NCBI GenBank assembly: GCA_046759445.1 | Contig: JBHICG010000006.1 | Coordinates: forward strand, 1-64,000 | DNA from: Candidatus Scalinduaceae bacterium | Lineage (GTDB): Bacteria; Planctomycetota; Brocadiia; Brocadiales; Scalinduaceae | Direction: 5' to 3' | DNA: 64,000 nucleotides | In this document: positions 51,142 through 61,558 of the stretch, piece after piece | How the letters are laid out: every line of letters starts with the position of its first letter | Position numbering within the stretch: position 1 is the stretch's first letter | Notes under the pieces: generated by a model | The model's input: only the letters and a program-made list of their open reading frames with translations | Told to the model about the DNA's origin: nothing | Databases searched by the model: none | Position numbers and translations under genes: made by a program

Positions 51142-51190
51142 CGCTTTTTTCCAACCTGTCGTCAGGTTGACACGAAAGTTAGAGCCACAA

Positions 51191-52132
51191 TTACCCACCA
51201 ACCTTTTGATATGCCATCTCTATAAATTGCTTTGCAGTTTCAAAGTCTTCTTCCGACTTAACAGTTATTTCAAAGCTACCTGTACCGAAATGTCCTATAT
51301 TAGTTACATCTCTTGAAATCGGTGGCGGGTCTTCGATTTCATTTGGATTTAGCTTAAGGTACAGGAGAACTTTTTGCTTATGTACTTCCATGCACATAAT
51401 GTTTTGTGAGATTTTGTAAGCTACATAGAGTTTCTTTGGAGTTTCTTCTATTTGAGGATCCAAACCCAAAGTGAACTCCTGAATCATTTGTACAACATCT
51501 CTTATCTTTTCTGGCTTACCTTTAATGTGCTGTTTAAATGTGTAAATTCCAGTTGCCCGAGTCATTGCGGCCTTCTTGCCTGCGGAGACCATAACAGGAT
51601 TTTTATCTGCGCCGTCAGAACTAATAGGTGTGTAGCCCTTTTGAAAAATCTGCTCCAAATAAAGCGTTGAGTTCTTGAACAGCCGATATTTCCAAAGTTC
51701 GATATTGATTCCCATTAATTGGACGGCGTGCAAGTCATACCTTTTGTAGTTTGGCGCAATACAGATTACTCTAATATCTGACCAATCTATCTCAACATTA
51801 TTTCCTAACTTCTTCTGAACGGCAATTTCAAAATCGCCACGGTGGTCGTAAAGCCAGGAAAGATAAAAAAGACTTTGGTTGATTAGTTCGGACAACTCTA
51901 CTTTTTTATATTCGATAATCACTGGGTTGTTATCTTCGGAAATTGCTAGAGAATCAATCCTACCTGCATGCTGTTGGCCAGTTGCAAATTCTGACGACAC
52001 AAACCGACAATTGAACACGGGTTGAAGATTTGTTTCAATTAGATTTTGCAGAACTTTTTCGCTGTTGAAATCGGTTTGCTCAATTGGACTCAGTTGTCCG
52101 TTGTTTATTTCAAAGATTGGCATGACGAACAT
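51191..52132 (-). CDS. PD-(D/E)xK nuclease-like (NucS/DUF91-type) protein with DUF5655 C-terminal domain
   Basis: GRIDSLA...PVIIEYKK; KKLYVAYK...RDVTNIGHFGTG. Confidence 0.8.
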   Translation of the reverse strand: MFVMPIFEINNGQLSPIEQTDFNSEKVLQNLIETNLQPVFNCRFVSSEFATGQQHAGRIDSLAISEDNNPVIIEYKKVELSELINQSLFYLSWLYDHRGDFEIAVQKKLGNNVEIDWSDIRVICIAPNYKRYDLHAVQLMGINIELWKYRLFKNSTLYLEQIFQKGYTPISSDGADKNPVMVSAGKKAAMTRATGIYTFKQHIKGKPEKIRDVVQMIQEFTLGLDPQIEETPKKLYVAYKISQNIMCMEVHKQKVLLYLKLNPNEIEDPPPISRDVTNIGHFGTGSFEITVKSEEDFETAKQFIEMAYQKVGG

Positions 52133-52411
52133 TACCTTTCATTTATCTCACCGTCTTTCTCAATAGCTCTAATGGACGTAGCTAACCTGTACCTAAGGTT
52201 GTCAGCTGAACCATTTAGTTGCGTCCATTACAGTCGACACGTAAGCGTCGGCTATTACTTTTATATTTATTCTATATTTGTTGGCATGTTATCGTAATAA
52301 ATAGCGCAATTTTATACTTTATTAGACTCTATAGGATTGTGGATTGGAGAATATAGGTTCAGAAAAAGCCAAATAAGAAATCTAAAATTCATATCTTATT
52401 CAGTATAAGAG

Positions 52412-53695
52412 TTATTTATTTGACTCGTCATGGTGGTGAATACCAAATAGCTTTTTTATAGTTTCCACATATTGGTATCCACCTCCGTTTTTGGCATGTT
52501 CTTTTCCTACCTTGGCAGGCCTATGGAGGATTTTATTAAGTGTTCGCTGCATCGAATAAACTATCTGTTCCCATTCTTCATGTGCAATGTTTCTCAATTT
52601 TGGTCTTAATCGTTCAAGTTCTTTTTCACCTATGTTATGGAAGTGAGTCCTTAATTGGGCAATAGCGGGTTTAATCTTTAACTCTTCAAACCACGCCATG
52701 TATTTTTCTACTTCCTTGTTGATAATCTCCTGACACTTTTCAAACTCTTTTCCTCTTTCATCCATGTTTTTGTTTACGACAGTTTGTAAATCATCTATGT
52801 TATACAGGTATACGTTGCAAATCTTTGATATTTCTGGATGTATGTCCCTGGGTACAGCAATGTCTATCAAAAACATAGGGTTGCCTCTACGAATCTTAAT
52901 AGCATTCCTTATATGGTCTGTATGAATTACATAATGAGGGGCAGAAGTGGAGCTGATGATTATGTCAGCCTGATGGAGATAGTCATTAAGCGAATTATAA
53001 TTAAGCGCCTTTCCCTGGTATTCATCTGCAAGGGCCTTTGCTCTATCAAAATTTCTATTAGCGACCATTACTGTTTTAGTGCCGCGTTCTATGAGGTGTT
53101 TTAGGACAAGTTCACACATCTCTCCAGCGCCAATTATAAATACCGTCTTATCGGAGAAATCCTTGAATATCTTGACGGCAAATTCTACGGCCACAGAACT
53201 TACAGAAACCTTACCTTTGCTGATTCCTGTTCGTGTATGTATTTCCTTGGCGACGTTCAGGGCTCGCTGAAATAGTTGGTTCAATATGTTGCCTGTTGTT
53301 TCTAAAGAAGCTGACGTCATATAAGCGTCTTTTACCTGCGAGAGTATTTGAGATTCGCCTACTACCATGGAATCCAGGCTGGATGCAACAAAGAATAAAT
53401 GTTTGACGGCATTTAAATTTTGGTAATGATAAATATGGTCGGCGAAATTCTCTTTTGGTAATCCATGAAATGCAGAAAGGAAGTCTATTAGAGACTCTTT
53501 GTTTAAACAATCATTGGGTGAAGTGCCGTAAACTTCAACGCGATTACAGGTGGAGAGTATTACGGCTTCTGACGATGGGAAAGACTGTGTAAGGGAAGAT
53601 AACGCTATTGGTATTGCAGATTCTTTAAAGGCAAGCGTTTCCCTTATTTCTAAAGGAGCAGATTTATGATTAAGCCCTATAGCATGTAAGTTCAT
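52412..53695 (-). CDS. hemA: Glutamyl-tRNA reductase
   Basis: LSTCNRVE, LDSMVVGE.QI, IGAGEM, DIAVPRD. Confidence 0.97.
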   Translation of the reverse strand: MNLHAIGLNHKSAPLEIRETLAFKESAIPIALSSLTQSFPSSEAVILSTCNRVEVYGTSPNDCLNKESLIDFLSAFHGLPKENFADHIYHYQNLNAVKHLFFVASSLDSMVVGESQILSQVKDAYMTSASLETTGNILNQLFQRALNVAKEIHTRTGISKGKVSVSSVAVEFAVKIFKDFSDKTVFIIGAGEMCELVLKHLIERGTKTVMVANRNFDRAKALADEYQGKALNYNSLNDYLHQADIIISSTSAPHYVIHTDHIRNAIKIRRGNPMFLIDIAVPRDIHPEISKICNVYLYNIDDLQTVVNKNMDERGKEFEKCQEIINKEVEKYMAWFEELKIKPAIAQLRTHFHNIGEKELERLRPKLRNIAHEEWEQIVYSMQRTLNKILHRPAKVGKEHAKNGGGYQYVETIKKLFGIHHHDESNK

Positions 53696-53717
53696 TTTGC
53701 TTTGAATCTTATTAAGT

Positions 53718-54611
53718 TTAAAATTCTATCTTTGCCAAACCAGCATCTTCAGATGGTATCTTTTGTTCGAGTTTAAGGGGACTCTTTACGTAAGCGTGTT
53801 TAGACCCCATTAAAAATGGAGCTACAAACGTAAGCAGCACAATAATAAAGCCCGTTATCGTAACACATGCAATTCTTGTCCCATGAAAAGAAGCTCCTAG
53901 TCTTATATGCAATAATGCCGCATAAATTAACCATGTAAGCGCTCCCAACAGCACTTTGGAATCCAGATACCAGAGATCACCCAATATATTGGACGTCTTT
54001 GCCCAGATTGTGCCTGTAACAAGACCAATCGTTAGAAGGGGGAAACCAAAAGTAATAGTCTTCCACATTAATGTATCTAAAGTCTCAAGAGAAGGTAGAC
54101 TATTGAAAAGTCGACCAAAGTCTTTTGTTTTTAATTGTCTTTCCTGAGCCAAATACATTACGCTTAATATAAATGAAACGGTAAAAGCGGCATATCCCAG
54201 GAAAATTGGGATTATATGTGCAAATTGCCAAAATCTTGCTAAATCATTTGATAGAGTTAGATCATTTCTTATGAGTGGGAAGGCTGCAATGGAAGATAAA
54301 GTGGCTATTGGAATTATAAAAAAAGTAAGCGATGGTAATTTATACAAATATTTGATGATGACAGAAATTATGACAACTAAAAATAGAAAAAAAACGGATG
54401 ATTCAAAAAGAGTATTTATGGGTAGGTTTCCAGATATTGAACTGAGTATTATCAGATATGCGCCGTGGAAAAACAGACCTGATAGGACAAAAAAGCTTGT
54501 CAGTCTTTTATTGAATTTATCTGGATTGAATATGGCGCCAATTTCCCATATAGAATCAAGAAGATAAAACAAGATTGCTATAATAAAAATATATTGCGTA
54601 TGATCGAACAT
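53718..54611 (-). CDS. ccsA: Cytochrome c assembly protein CcsA/ResC family
   Basis: Multi-TM; LPSLETLD, GFPLLTIGL.TG.IWA; adjacent to hemA. Confidence 0.85.
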   Translation of the reverse strand: MFDHTQYIFIIAILFYLLDSIWEIGAIFNPDKFNKRLTSFFVLSGLFFHGAYLIILSSISGNLPINTLFESSVFFLFLVVIISVIIKYLYKLPSLTFFIIPIATLSSIAAFPLIRNDLTLSNDLARFWQFAHIIPIFLGYAAFTVSFILSVMYLAQERQLKTKDFGRLFNSLPSLETLDTLMWKTITFGFPLLTIGLVTGTIWAKTSNILGDLWYLDSKVLLGALTWLIYAALLHIRLGASFHGTRIACVTITGFIIVLLTFVAPFLMGSKHAYVKSPLKLEQKIPSEDAGLAKIEF

Positions 54612-54810
54612 CGTTTATGATAATTTTGTGTTAATAATTAAAAATTAAGTTTATAAAATAATTAGAAATTAATCAAACGAAAAAACCCCATAATTTTTTT
54701 TATAAATACTAAGGAATTGGGAAGATACATTGGAGGCGTTGTCTATGATCACGAAGTTGTTGTGCTACTACGGTTATTAGATGAGTATAAGATAAATAAA
54801 GAAGTGTATG

Positions 54811-54835
54811 TTCGTGCCGCTTGCGGCGGCACGAA
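54811..54835. repeat. GC-rich perfect hairpin (10-bp stem)
   Basis: TTCGTGCCGC-TTGCG-GCGGCACGAA. Confidence 0.6.
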
Positions 54836-55062
54836 TGGACGCGAGCTGTAACCATTGATCCCCGTTAGATGGTGAGAAGTATAACAATTAGCAGAAGTAT
54901 TTTAAATAAAACATATATGAAGAGCAGGGCATCTTTTCAGGTTAATCATTCGAGCCGCCTGTTTTCGCAGTAGTAATTGATTTTCCATTCACATCTGTGC
55001 ATAAACTAAAGCGGCTTTTTTAGGCTTATCTCATATGTTGCCATAAGGGATTCACTTACTAT

Positions 55063-55764
55063 CTATCCAAAAAAGCTTACCCTCAATGTTAATAATAGTA
55101 TCTTTAAATCAAGAATCCAGCACATCTTCTTTATATAAAGTATGTCATAATGGAGTTTTTTCTGTACATCACGAATTGTTTCATCATATCTATTGTAGCA
55201 TTGAGCTAGACCTGTTATTCCAGGCTTTATCGATAATCGTTTAGTGTAGCCGGGTATATTTTCTTTGAATTTTTTTACATAAAACGGTCTTTCCGGTCTT
55301 GGTCCGACAATACTCATTTCACCCCTTATCACATTAATAAATTGTGGCAATTCATCTAAATGTGATTTCCTGAGAAATTTCCCAAAGAAGGTTATTCTTG
55401 TGTCGTTTCTTCCCGCCCAAACAGGACCGGTTTTTGATTCAGCATTTACACACATTGTCCTAAATTTGATTATCTCAAATATGCGTCCATCTTTACCTAC
55501 CCTTTCCTGTCCGTAAAATATTGGGCCTGACGAGGTCAGTTTTATTATTATTCCGATTAAAAGAAACAACGGTGATGTGATTAATAATCCAATAATTGAG
55601 ACGAAGAAATCCGAAAACGGCTTTAATTGACTATATCCATGCCTCATAAAATGGATAAAAAAGCCTGAAATTAATGTAAGAATTTGACTGATTGTAGGTA
55701 TTATCAATAAACGCTTATGATATTTATTATGAGTATTGTGAAAAATAAATTTAAGAATTTTCAT
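55063..55764 (-). CDS. Bacterial sugar transferase (priming phosphoglycosyltransferase)
   Basis: KFRTM, DELPQF.NV..GEMS.VGPRPE, KPGITGLAQ. Confidence 0.92.
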   Translation of the reverse strand: MKILKFIFHNTHNKYHKRLLIIPTISQILTLISGFFIHFMRHGYSQLKPFSDFFVSIIGLLITSPLFLLIGIIIKLTSSGPIFYGQERVGKDGRIFEIIKFRTMCVNAESKTGPVWAGRNDTRITFFGKFLRKSHLDELPQFINVIRGEMSIVGPRPERPFYVKKFKENIPGYTKRLSIKPGITGLAQCYNRYDETIRDVQKKLHYDILYIKKMCWILDLKILLLTLRVSFFG

Positions 55765-55805
55765 ATTGAATATCCACTTGGTTTAAAATATATTGTTTTG
55801 GTAAT

Positions 55806-56144
55806 TTAAACAAATAATTTAAGTTTTTCTTTGAATTTCAAAGCAACTCCCAATCCTTTGGCATGTTTATTTGAATTTATCTTTTCTGTTCTGACAACTA
55901 CTCCTGTTCCAGTAAGCCTGATTAATTTACTAGGTAGTCCGCGTGTACTAGTAGTTGTATATATTTCAATATTTATTGTTTTTCCTGTAAAATAGCATTT
56001 GTCATCATTTGCTATTACTTCAAAATAGACACCGCCTGGGCTAATGTTCTTTGATTTAACTTTATTGTCAAGTAACTTCATTGGCAGTGATAGTTCTAAT
56101 CTTTTCTCAGCTCGTCTTTCAATCCCTTTAGCTGCGTTTTTCAC
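55806..56144 (-). CDS. PilZ-domain protein, paralog of 27261-27665
   Basis: GIERRAEKRLELSLP, KNISPGGVYFEV, GVVVRT. Confidence 0.8.
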   Translation of the reverse strand: MKNAAKGIERRAEKRLELSLPMKLLDNKVKSKNISPGGVYFEVIANDDKCYFTGKTINIEIYTTTSTRGLPSKLIRLTGTGVVVRTEKINSNKHAKGLGVALKFKEKLKLFV

Positions 56145-57044
56145 TATCTCACCTTTGCATTAAATATTATATTATTTTGTTAATAAGCTAGATAAGATCT
56201 TAATTATGTTTAGATTTATATATACACAATAATCTATTATATTTAATGCATGACTCGCTGTACCTTTGATTAGCTATATTTATCAGAATTTAACATTATA
56301 ATGCGAACTAGATAATTATGAGGTGTAACGTCAACCCACCCCTTACTTTATCTTTTTTTTAATGCTTGATTTCAAACATTGTCTCTGTGCGAATTACATT
56401 TACATAAAGGAAATAGCAAAACAAAAAGGACGTAATATATAGTTAATCTAGAAATATTTTTGTTCAAATTTCTTTATATGTTATATGAATTACACAATTC
56501 CTGTACCATTAATGTATTCAATGGCAAATTGAATTTTAAGTTATTTAAATCATTTATCTTAAGATTTGATTTGTTCGTATGATGACAAGGAAAGAGAATT
56601 ATACCTTTAGATTAAAATGTTTATTAAAATCAACATAGTGAATTGTGTTTGCTCCATTATGATTTAAGTACTTATTTTGTATAAAGAAAAGTATGTATAC
56701 TATCCATTACAACAATCAATAATATTTGACATAAAATTCGATATAAATAAGGTGCTCTTATAGGATTTTAAAAAATGTCATGGAGGGTGTTAGACAGTCT
56801 ATGACAGACATAGAATGTGTTGCACATGAAGACAGAGGAAACAAAATTACAGAGTGAGCGGCATAAATTATAAGATAAGGATAACGACTTTCCTTATTAT
56901 GGATTTATTAAAACTCAATCATGCTAATTGTGGAGGAAAATATGCGCTCTGAATTCTACAACTTAAGATTTGGAAGACTTGAGAAATGTATGTTTGTTTT
57001 TGATCATTTAAAAAACATTCAGTTCGTGTAAAACACAAAATGGA

Positions 57045-58310
57045 TCAATGGTATAATTTTTTTAACCTTTCAAAGAAGTCAGGGAATGTCTTGCAAACGC
57101 ATTCATGATTTTTTATCTTTATTCCTTTAGTCCTTAAACCGATAAGGGTAAAACTCATCGCCATGCGATGGTCATTGTACGTTGATATTTCAGCAGAATG
57201 CGGTACTGATGGTTCAACTTCAAGTCCATCCTCATATTCTCTCGCACTTACTCCAATTTTCTTAAGCTCTTGAACAAGTGCAGTAATGCGATCTGTCTCT
57301 TTGTAACGTAGATTCCTAACATTTCTTATACGCGTCTTTCCCTCTGCAAAGACTGCAACAGCTACCAGGGTTTGTACTACATCAGGCGTGTCATTCATAT
57401 CTATGTCAATTCCCTTCAATTTATTCCCTTTTACCTCCAACCAATTTTCTGACTTCTGCGTGATACAGCCCATCTTGCTTAAGATATCAACAAACAAGGC
57501 GTCACCTTGTAGCGAATTTTTACCTAAGCCTTCAACCCTGACTTTCCCACCTGTTATAGCAGCCGCAGCAAGAAAATATGAGGCGCTTGACGCATCGGCC
57601 TCTATGATATACTCACAACCTTTGTATCTTTGGCCTGAACTCACATGAAATTCTTTATGTGATTTTCGTATTACATTCACCCCAAATCTATTCATTACAG
57701 CAATTGTCATATCAACGTAATTCTTTGACACCAGGTCATCAGTTACTAAAATATGAACGTCATTAATTGCGTAAGGTGCAGCTAAAAGGATTGCACTAAT
57801 ATATTGACTGCTGACATCACCTTTCATCTTAACTGTTCCTCCCTTTAGCCCACATGCATTTATCAAAACAGGTGGACAATCTGTATTTCCCTTTGAGACG
57901 ACATCTGCTCCAAGATGATTTAGGCCATTAAGCAGCTCTTGAATAGGTCTATTTCGCATACGCTCCACACCATCAATCTCATAGTGACCTTTGCCGATTG
58001 TTAATGTGGCAGTCATGAAGCGCACAACTGTTCCTGCATTGCCAGCAAAAAGATTTGCTTCCCTCGCAGGTATTTCCCCCTTACACCCTTTTACAATCAA
58101 TGAATTATTCTCTTTAATAATTTTAACCTGTATCCCTATTTCATTAAGACATGATATCATGAGGCGTGTATCTTCACTTAACAAGACATTCCTAATTATT
58201 GATTCACCTTTAGCAAGTGAAGCCGTTATTAATGCCCGGTTTGTATAACTTTTTGATCCTGGAACTGTAACCGTAGCATTTATATTGTCAATTGGTTTAA
58301 TTTCTAACAT
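57045..58310 (-). CDS. aroA: EPSP synthase
   Basis: PGSKS, GNAGT, SSQY, KETDRI, DHRMAM. Confidence 0.97.
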   Translation of the reverse strand: MLEIKPIDNINATVTVPGSKSYTNRALITASLAKGESIIRNVLLSEDTRLMISCLNEIGIQVKIIKENNSLIVKGCKGEIPAREANLFAGNAGTVVRFMTATLTIGKGHYEIDGVERMRNRPIQELLNGLNHLGADVVSKGNTDCPPVLINACGLKGGTVKMKGDVSSQYISAILLAAPYAINDVHILVTDDLVSKNYVDMTIAVMNRFGVNVIRKSHKEFHVSSGQRYKGCEYIIEADASSASYFLAAAAITGGKVRVEGLGKNSLQGDALFVDILSKMGCITQKSENWLEVKGNKLKGIDIDMNDTPDVVQTLVAVAVFAEGKTRIRNVRNLRYKETDRITALVQELKKIGVSAREYEDGLEVEPSVPHSAEISTYNDHRMAMSFTLIGLRTKGIKIKNHECVCKTFPDFFERLKKLYH

Positions 58311-58636
58311 TTTATATTAACCTTTCGATAAAGGGAATTATAGACTGACAAAATCTTTTCATCAAGGACAAATGCACCCAATAACATAGTTATGACACTG
58401 ATTCCCACAGATATACCAGATGACAAATGACATTAGATCTAACGAAACGAGATTATGCCTGTTCACCATTCTGACTCTAAAAAGTATTGACAACTAAAAT
58501 GTTTTATGAGTAAACTAGCTCCCTTCAGTTGCTAATTTATCGCGTCTTGCTTCACAAGATGAGATTATCTTGAAGGATTTACAGATTCTTTAGGGTGGGC
58601 AATGCTCACCCTTATATGTTTTACCATTAAAAAGAT

Positions 58637-58838
58637 TAATTAGTATCTGTTGGGGAAACACGGTTTTGTCATCCTGAACTTGTTTTCAGGATCTCTTAAC
58701 ATATTGATACATATAGATTCTGAAATAAATTCAGGTGTGATTCTACTCAACGTGTAGAATCACTTAAGTAATTCTGCTGTTGTGGAATTACCAATGACAC
58801 CTTTGGATATTTGGGCTTTCCGCAACAAATACTAATTA
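58637..58838. mobile_element. MITE-like element with 22-bp imperfect terminal inverted repeats and nested palindromes
   Basis: TAATTAGTATCTGTTGGGGAAA versus the reverse complement of 58817-58838 (20/22); similar right end at 11498-11519. Confidence 0.55.
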
Positions 58839-58886
58839 TATAATTGTAGAATTAATGAGACATTTAACAATGCTAGGAGCTGATAT

Positions 58887-59861
58887 TTGAGTAATAGAAA
58901 AACAATTGTTATTGGTTCAAGAGGGAGTAAATTGGCCTTAATCCAGGCAAACTGGGTTAAGGCGCAACTTGAAGCGCATAATCGGGAAATAGAATTTAAT
59001 ATAGAAAAGATAAAGACTACGGGTGACAAAATTACTGATGTGCCACTTGCTAGAATAGGAGGGATGGGATTATTTACAAAAGAACTTGAAAATGCCCTTC
59101 TTGATGAAAAGGTAGATTTAATAGTTCATAGCGCAAAAGACATACCTACTGAAATCCCAGAAGGTCTTATACTAGGAGCATTTTCAAAGCGTGAGGACCC
59201 ACATGACGTACTGATAAGCAAAGATAACCTGACTTTAAATAAGCTTCCACAAAATGCAAGGATCGGAACCAGTAGCTTGAGGCGCAGATCACAAATCCTT
59301 TCCTTCAGATCAGACCTTGAGGTTGTAGATTTACGAGGCAACCTGGACACAAGGTTAAAAAAAATAGATTCAGGAGAGCTTGATGCAATAGTCGTAGCCA
59401 GAGCGGGTTTGTTGAGATTTGGTCTATTTGATAAAGCAAGTGAGATAATACAGTATGACATAATGCTTCCTGCCGTAGGACAGGGAGCGCTTTGTATAGA
59501 AATTCGTGGTAATGACGCTGATGTTAAGGAAATTATTTCAATTCTAAATCATCAGGAAACAATGTATGCGGTCAAGACAGAAAGAGTGCTTCTCGCAGAG
59601 CTTCAAGGTGGGTGTCAAATTCCAATAGGCGCCCATGCAGAAATAGTTTTACCGGATAAACTGGAACTGGAAGCAGTTGTGTGTTCCCTTGACGGAAAAA
59701 CAGTCGTAAGAGATTCGATTTCAGGGAACGTTGATGACTTTGCAGACATAGGACATAAACTTGCACAAAGGCTTTTATCAATGGGTGGCGCCAAGATTCT
59801 GGAAGAAATACGGACAAGCCTGGATAAAACAACACTTGAAAATCCATTCAATAAATCTTAA
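58887..59861 (+). CDS. hemC: Hydroxymethylbilane synthase
   Basis: GSRGSKLA, VHSAKD, GTSSLRR, LRGNLDTRL, GGCQ.P. Confidence 0.97.
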   Translation: MSNRKTIVIGSRGSKLALIQANWVKAQLEAHNREIEFNIEKIKTTGDKITDVPLARIGGMGLFTKELENALLDEKVDLIVHSAKDIPTEIPEGLILGAFSKREDPHDVLISKDNLTLNKLPQNARIGTSSLRRRSQILSFRSDLEVVDLRGNLDTRLKKIDSGELDAIVVARAGLLRFGLFDKASEIIQYDIMLPAVGQGALCIEIRGNDADVKEIISILNHQETMYAVKTERVLLAELQGGCQIPIGAHAEIVLPDKLELEAVVCSLDGKTVVRDSISGNVDDFADIGHKLAQRLLSMGGAKILEEIRTSLDKTTLENPFNKS

Positions 59862-59890
59862 TCATGAGTGGAGCATCTTCACGGGCGGGT

Positions 59891-61558
59891 TCAATCTGAT
59901 GTACCGATTGTTTTGTCAAGGCTCCCTGAATCTTTTTTGGTTTTCTCTACCTCTTTTAAGATCATATACCAAAACTCTGAGAAGACTCGATTCATCCTCT
60001 TTCTTGCCCAGCGTCCGATTACATAAAATACAACGAGTAAGATTGGAATCAATAGAATCCAAATCCATTGTTTGGTGAATAACAAATCTTTTCCTATGAA
60101 CTTTATTAAGTCGCTTACAGAAAACAACATTTTGAGCGCTTCGGTGATATTTGAATCAGAAATTTTAGCAGACAAAATAATGGAGAATGCAATTATTGAA
60201 GTGAACAAAAATGCGTAATGAGAATAGCGCCTTATTGATACCCACCTTTTGACCCTGTCCAATAGTGAATTATCGCCGTTGAGATGTTTGCGAAATATTT
60301 GAATAAACAGATCATATTTTTTTTTGTAATTCTTATCTTGATCATAGTTTTTGTCATTCTTATCTGTTGATACAAATTCACAATTAAATGGAATATTTCC
60401 CGGGGCATAACCTTCAGTACATTGCAAAATTCTCTCAATCACGCTATTGTGGATTTTTGGCGTGATGATATGGTACTCTTGGCAGAATTTATCACCACCA
60501 ATATCTCGAGGTTTATAACGGTAATATACTGCCATACCTGAACGCGAGTCATACAGTTTGTCAGTAACATTTCTGCGATCGCGATAGAGTTCCCGGTCAT
60601 GATCAATAAACCTGAGCATGTCTTTAGTAGTGAGTCTGGGCTCGGCTTTTTCCGCTTTCGACTCTTTAGCAGTGAGTCTGAGCCCGGCTTGTTCCGCTTT
60701 CGACATCATCCAGTCAAGAGATATAAGTGACATTCCATGTTTGGGATAGCCGCCACCAACATTGGAATGGACGCCCGCAAACCAGACTTGCTCAATACGG
60801 CTATCTTTTTTATCTTCTTTATCTTCTTCGCCTTCTTCATCCCACATAACAGGATGAAACGTAAGCCTTTCATCATCGATTGAGAGGGCGTGACACAGCT
60901 TCTTTACTTTTTCTTCCGAACTGAGTTTGGAATCAACAAATTTAAAGCGATAGATAAATGTGTTTATGAATTTAGCAAGTTCATCAATAGGAACACCAAC
61001 TGCATCCACGGTATCCCAAACACCTATGAATGCGATCTTTTCATCGCCGACGCTGTGTTCATTTCGAAAATCAACAATCCACTCCTCGTTGTATTCCTCA
61101 CGGAAGCACTTACCAATAAATGTGCGATATTTACTACGGTACTTACTATAAGCCATTTCTACTTTGTCCAATAGTTCTGCGTCGCTATTCAGCTTTTCTC
61201 GGTCAATTATACCACAAGTATTAATCAAGCCTGCGAGCGTCCTGACCGTAAATGCTCCCCGGCTGAAACCGAAAAGATAAATCCGATCTCCCTTTTCATA
61301 CGTCCTTACCAGGTCTGCATAAAGCTGTTTTACGTTTTTACTCAATCCCCAACCGAATGCACCACCAAGTATCTTTAGCAGTTTTAAATTTTCAGTGCCA
61401 ACACCATCATCATAAAACGCAAATTGCTGTGGACGACCGGAATCATTCCTGTGGCCATGAAGATCTACGGCCTCATATAGCTTGAAGACGTTTGTCCCGC
61501 GTTTTTGGATTCCCTTGCTCCCTGTCCCGTCCGAACATAAGACAATATTCCTGACCAT
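59891..61558 (-). CDS. DUF2235 (Tle1-like alpha/beta hydrolase) with C-terminal TM helices
   Basis: CSDGT, GFSRGA, GVWDTV, WFAGVHSNVGGGY. Confidence 0.88.
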   Translation of the reverse strand: MVRNIVLCSDGTGSKGIQKRGTNVFKLYEAVDLHGHRNDSGRPQQFAFYDDGVGTENLKLLKILGGAFGWGLSKNVKQLYADLVRTYEKGDRIYLFGFSRGAFTVRTLAGLINTCGIIDREKLNSDAELLDKVEMAYSKYRSKYRTFIGKCFREEYNEEWIVDFRNEHSVGDEKIAFIGVWDTVDAVGVPIDELAKFINTFIYRFKFVDSKLSSEEKVKKLCHALSIDDERLTFHPVMWDEEGEEDKEDKKDSRIEQVWFAGVHSNVGGGYPKHGMSLISLDWMMSKAEQAGLRLTAKESKAEKAEPRLTTKDMLRFIDHDRELYRDRRNVTDKLYDSRSGMAVYYRYKPRDIGGDKFCQEYHIITPKIHNSVIERILQCTEGYAPGNIPFNCEFVSTDKNDKNYDQDKNYKKKYDLFIQIFRKHLNGDNSLLDRVKRWVSIRRYSHYAFLFTSIIAFSIILSAKISDSNITEALKMLFSVSDLIKFIGKDLLFTKQWIWILLIPILLVVFYVIGRWARKRMNRVFSEFWYMILKEVEKTKKDSGSLDKTIGTSD

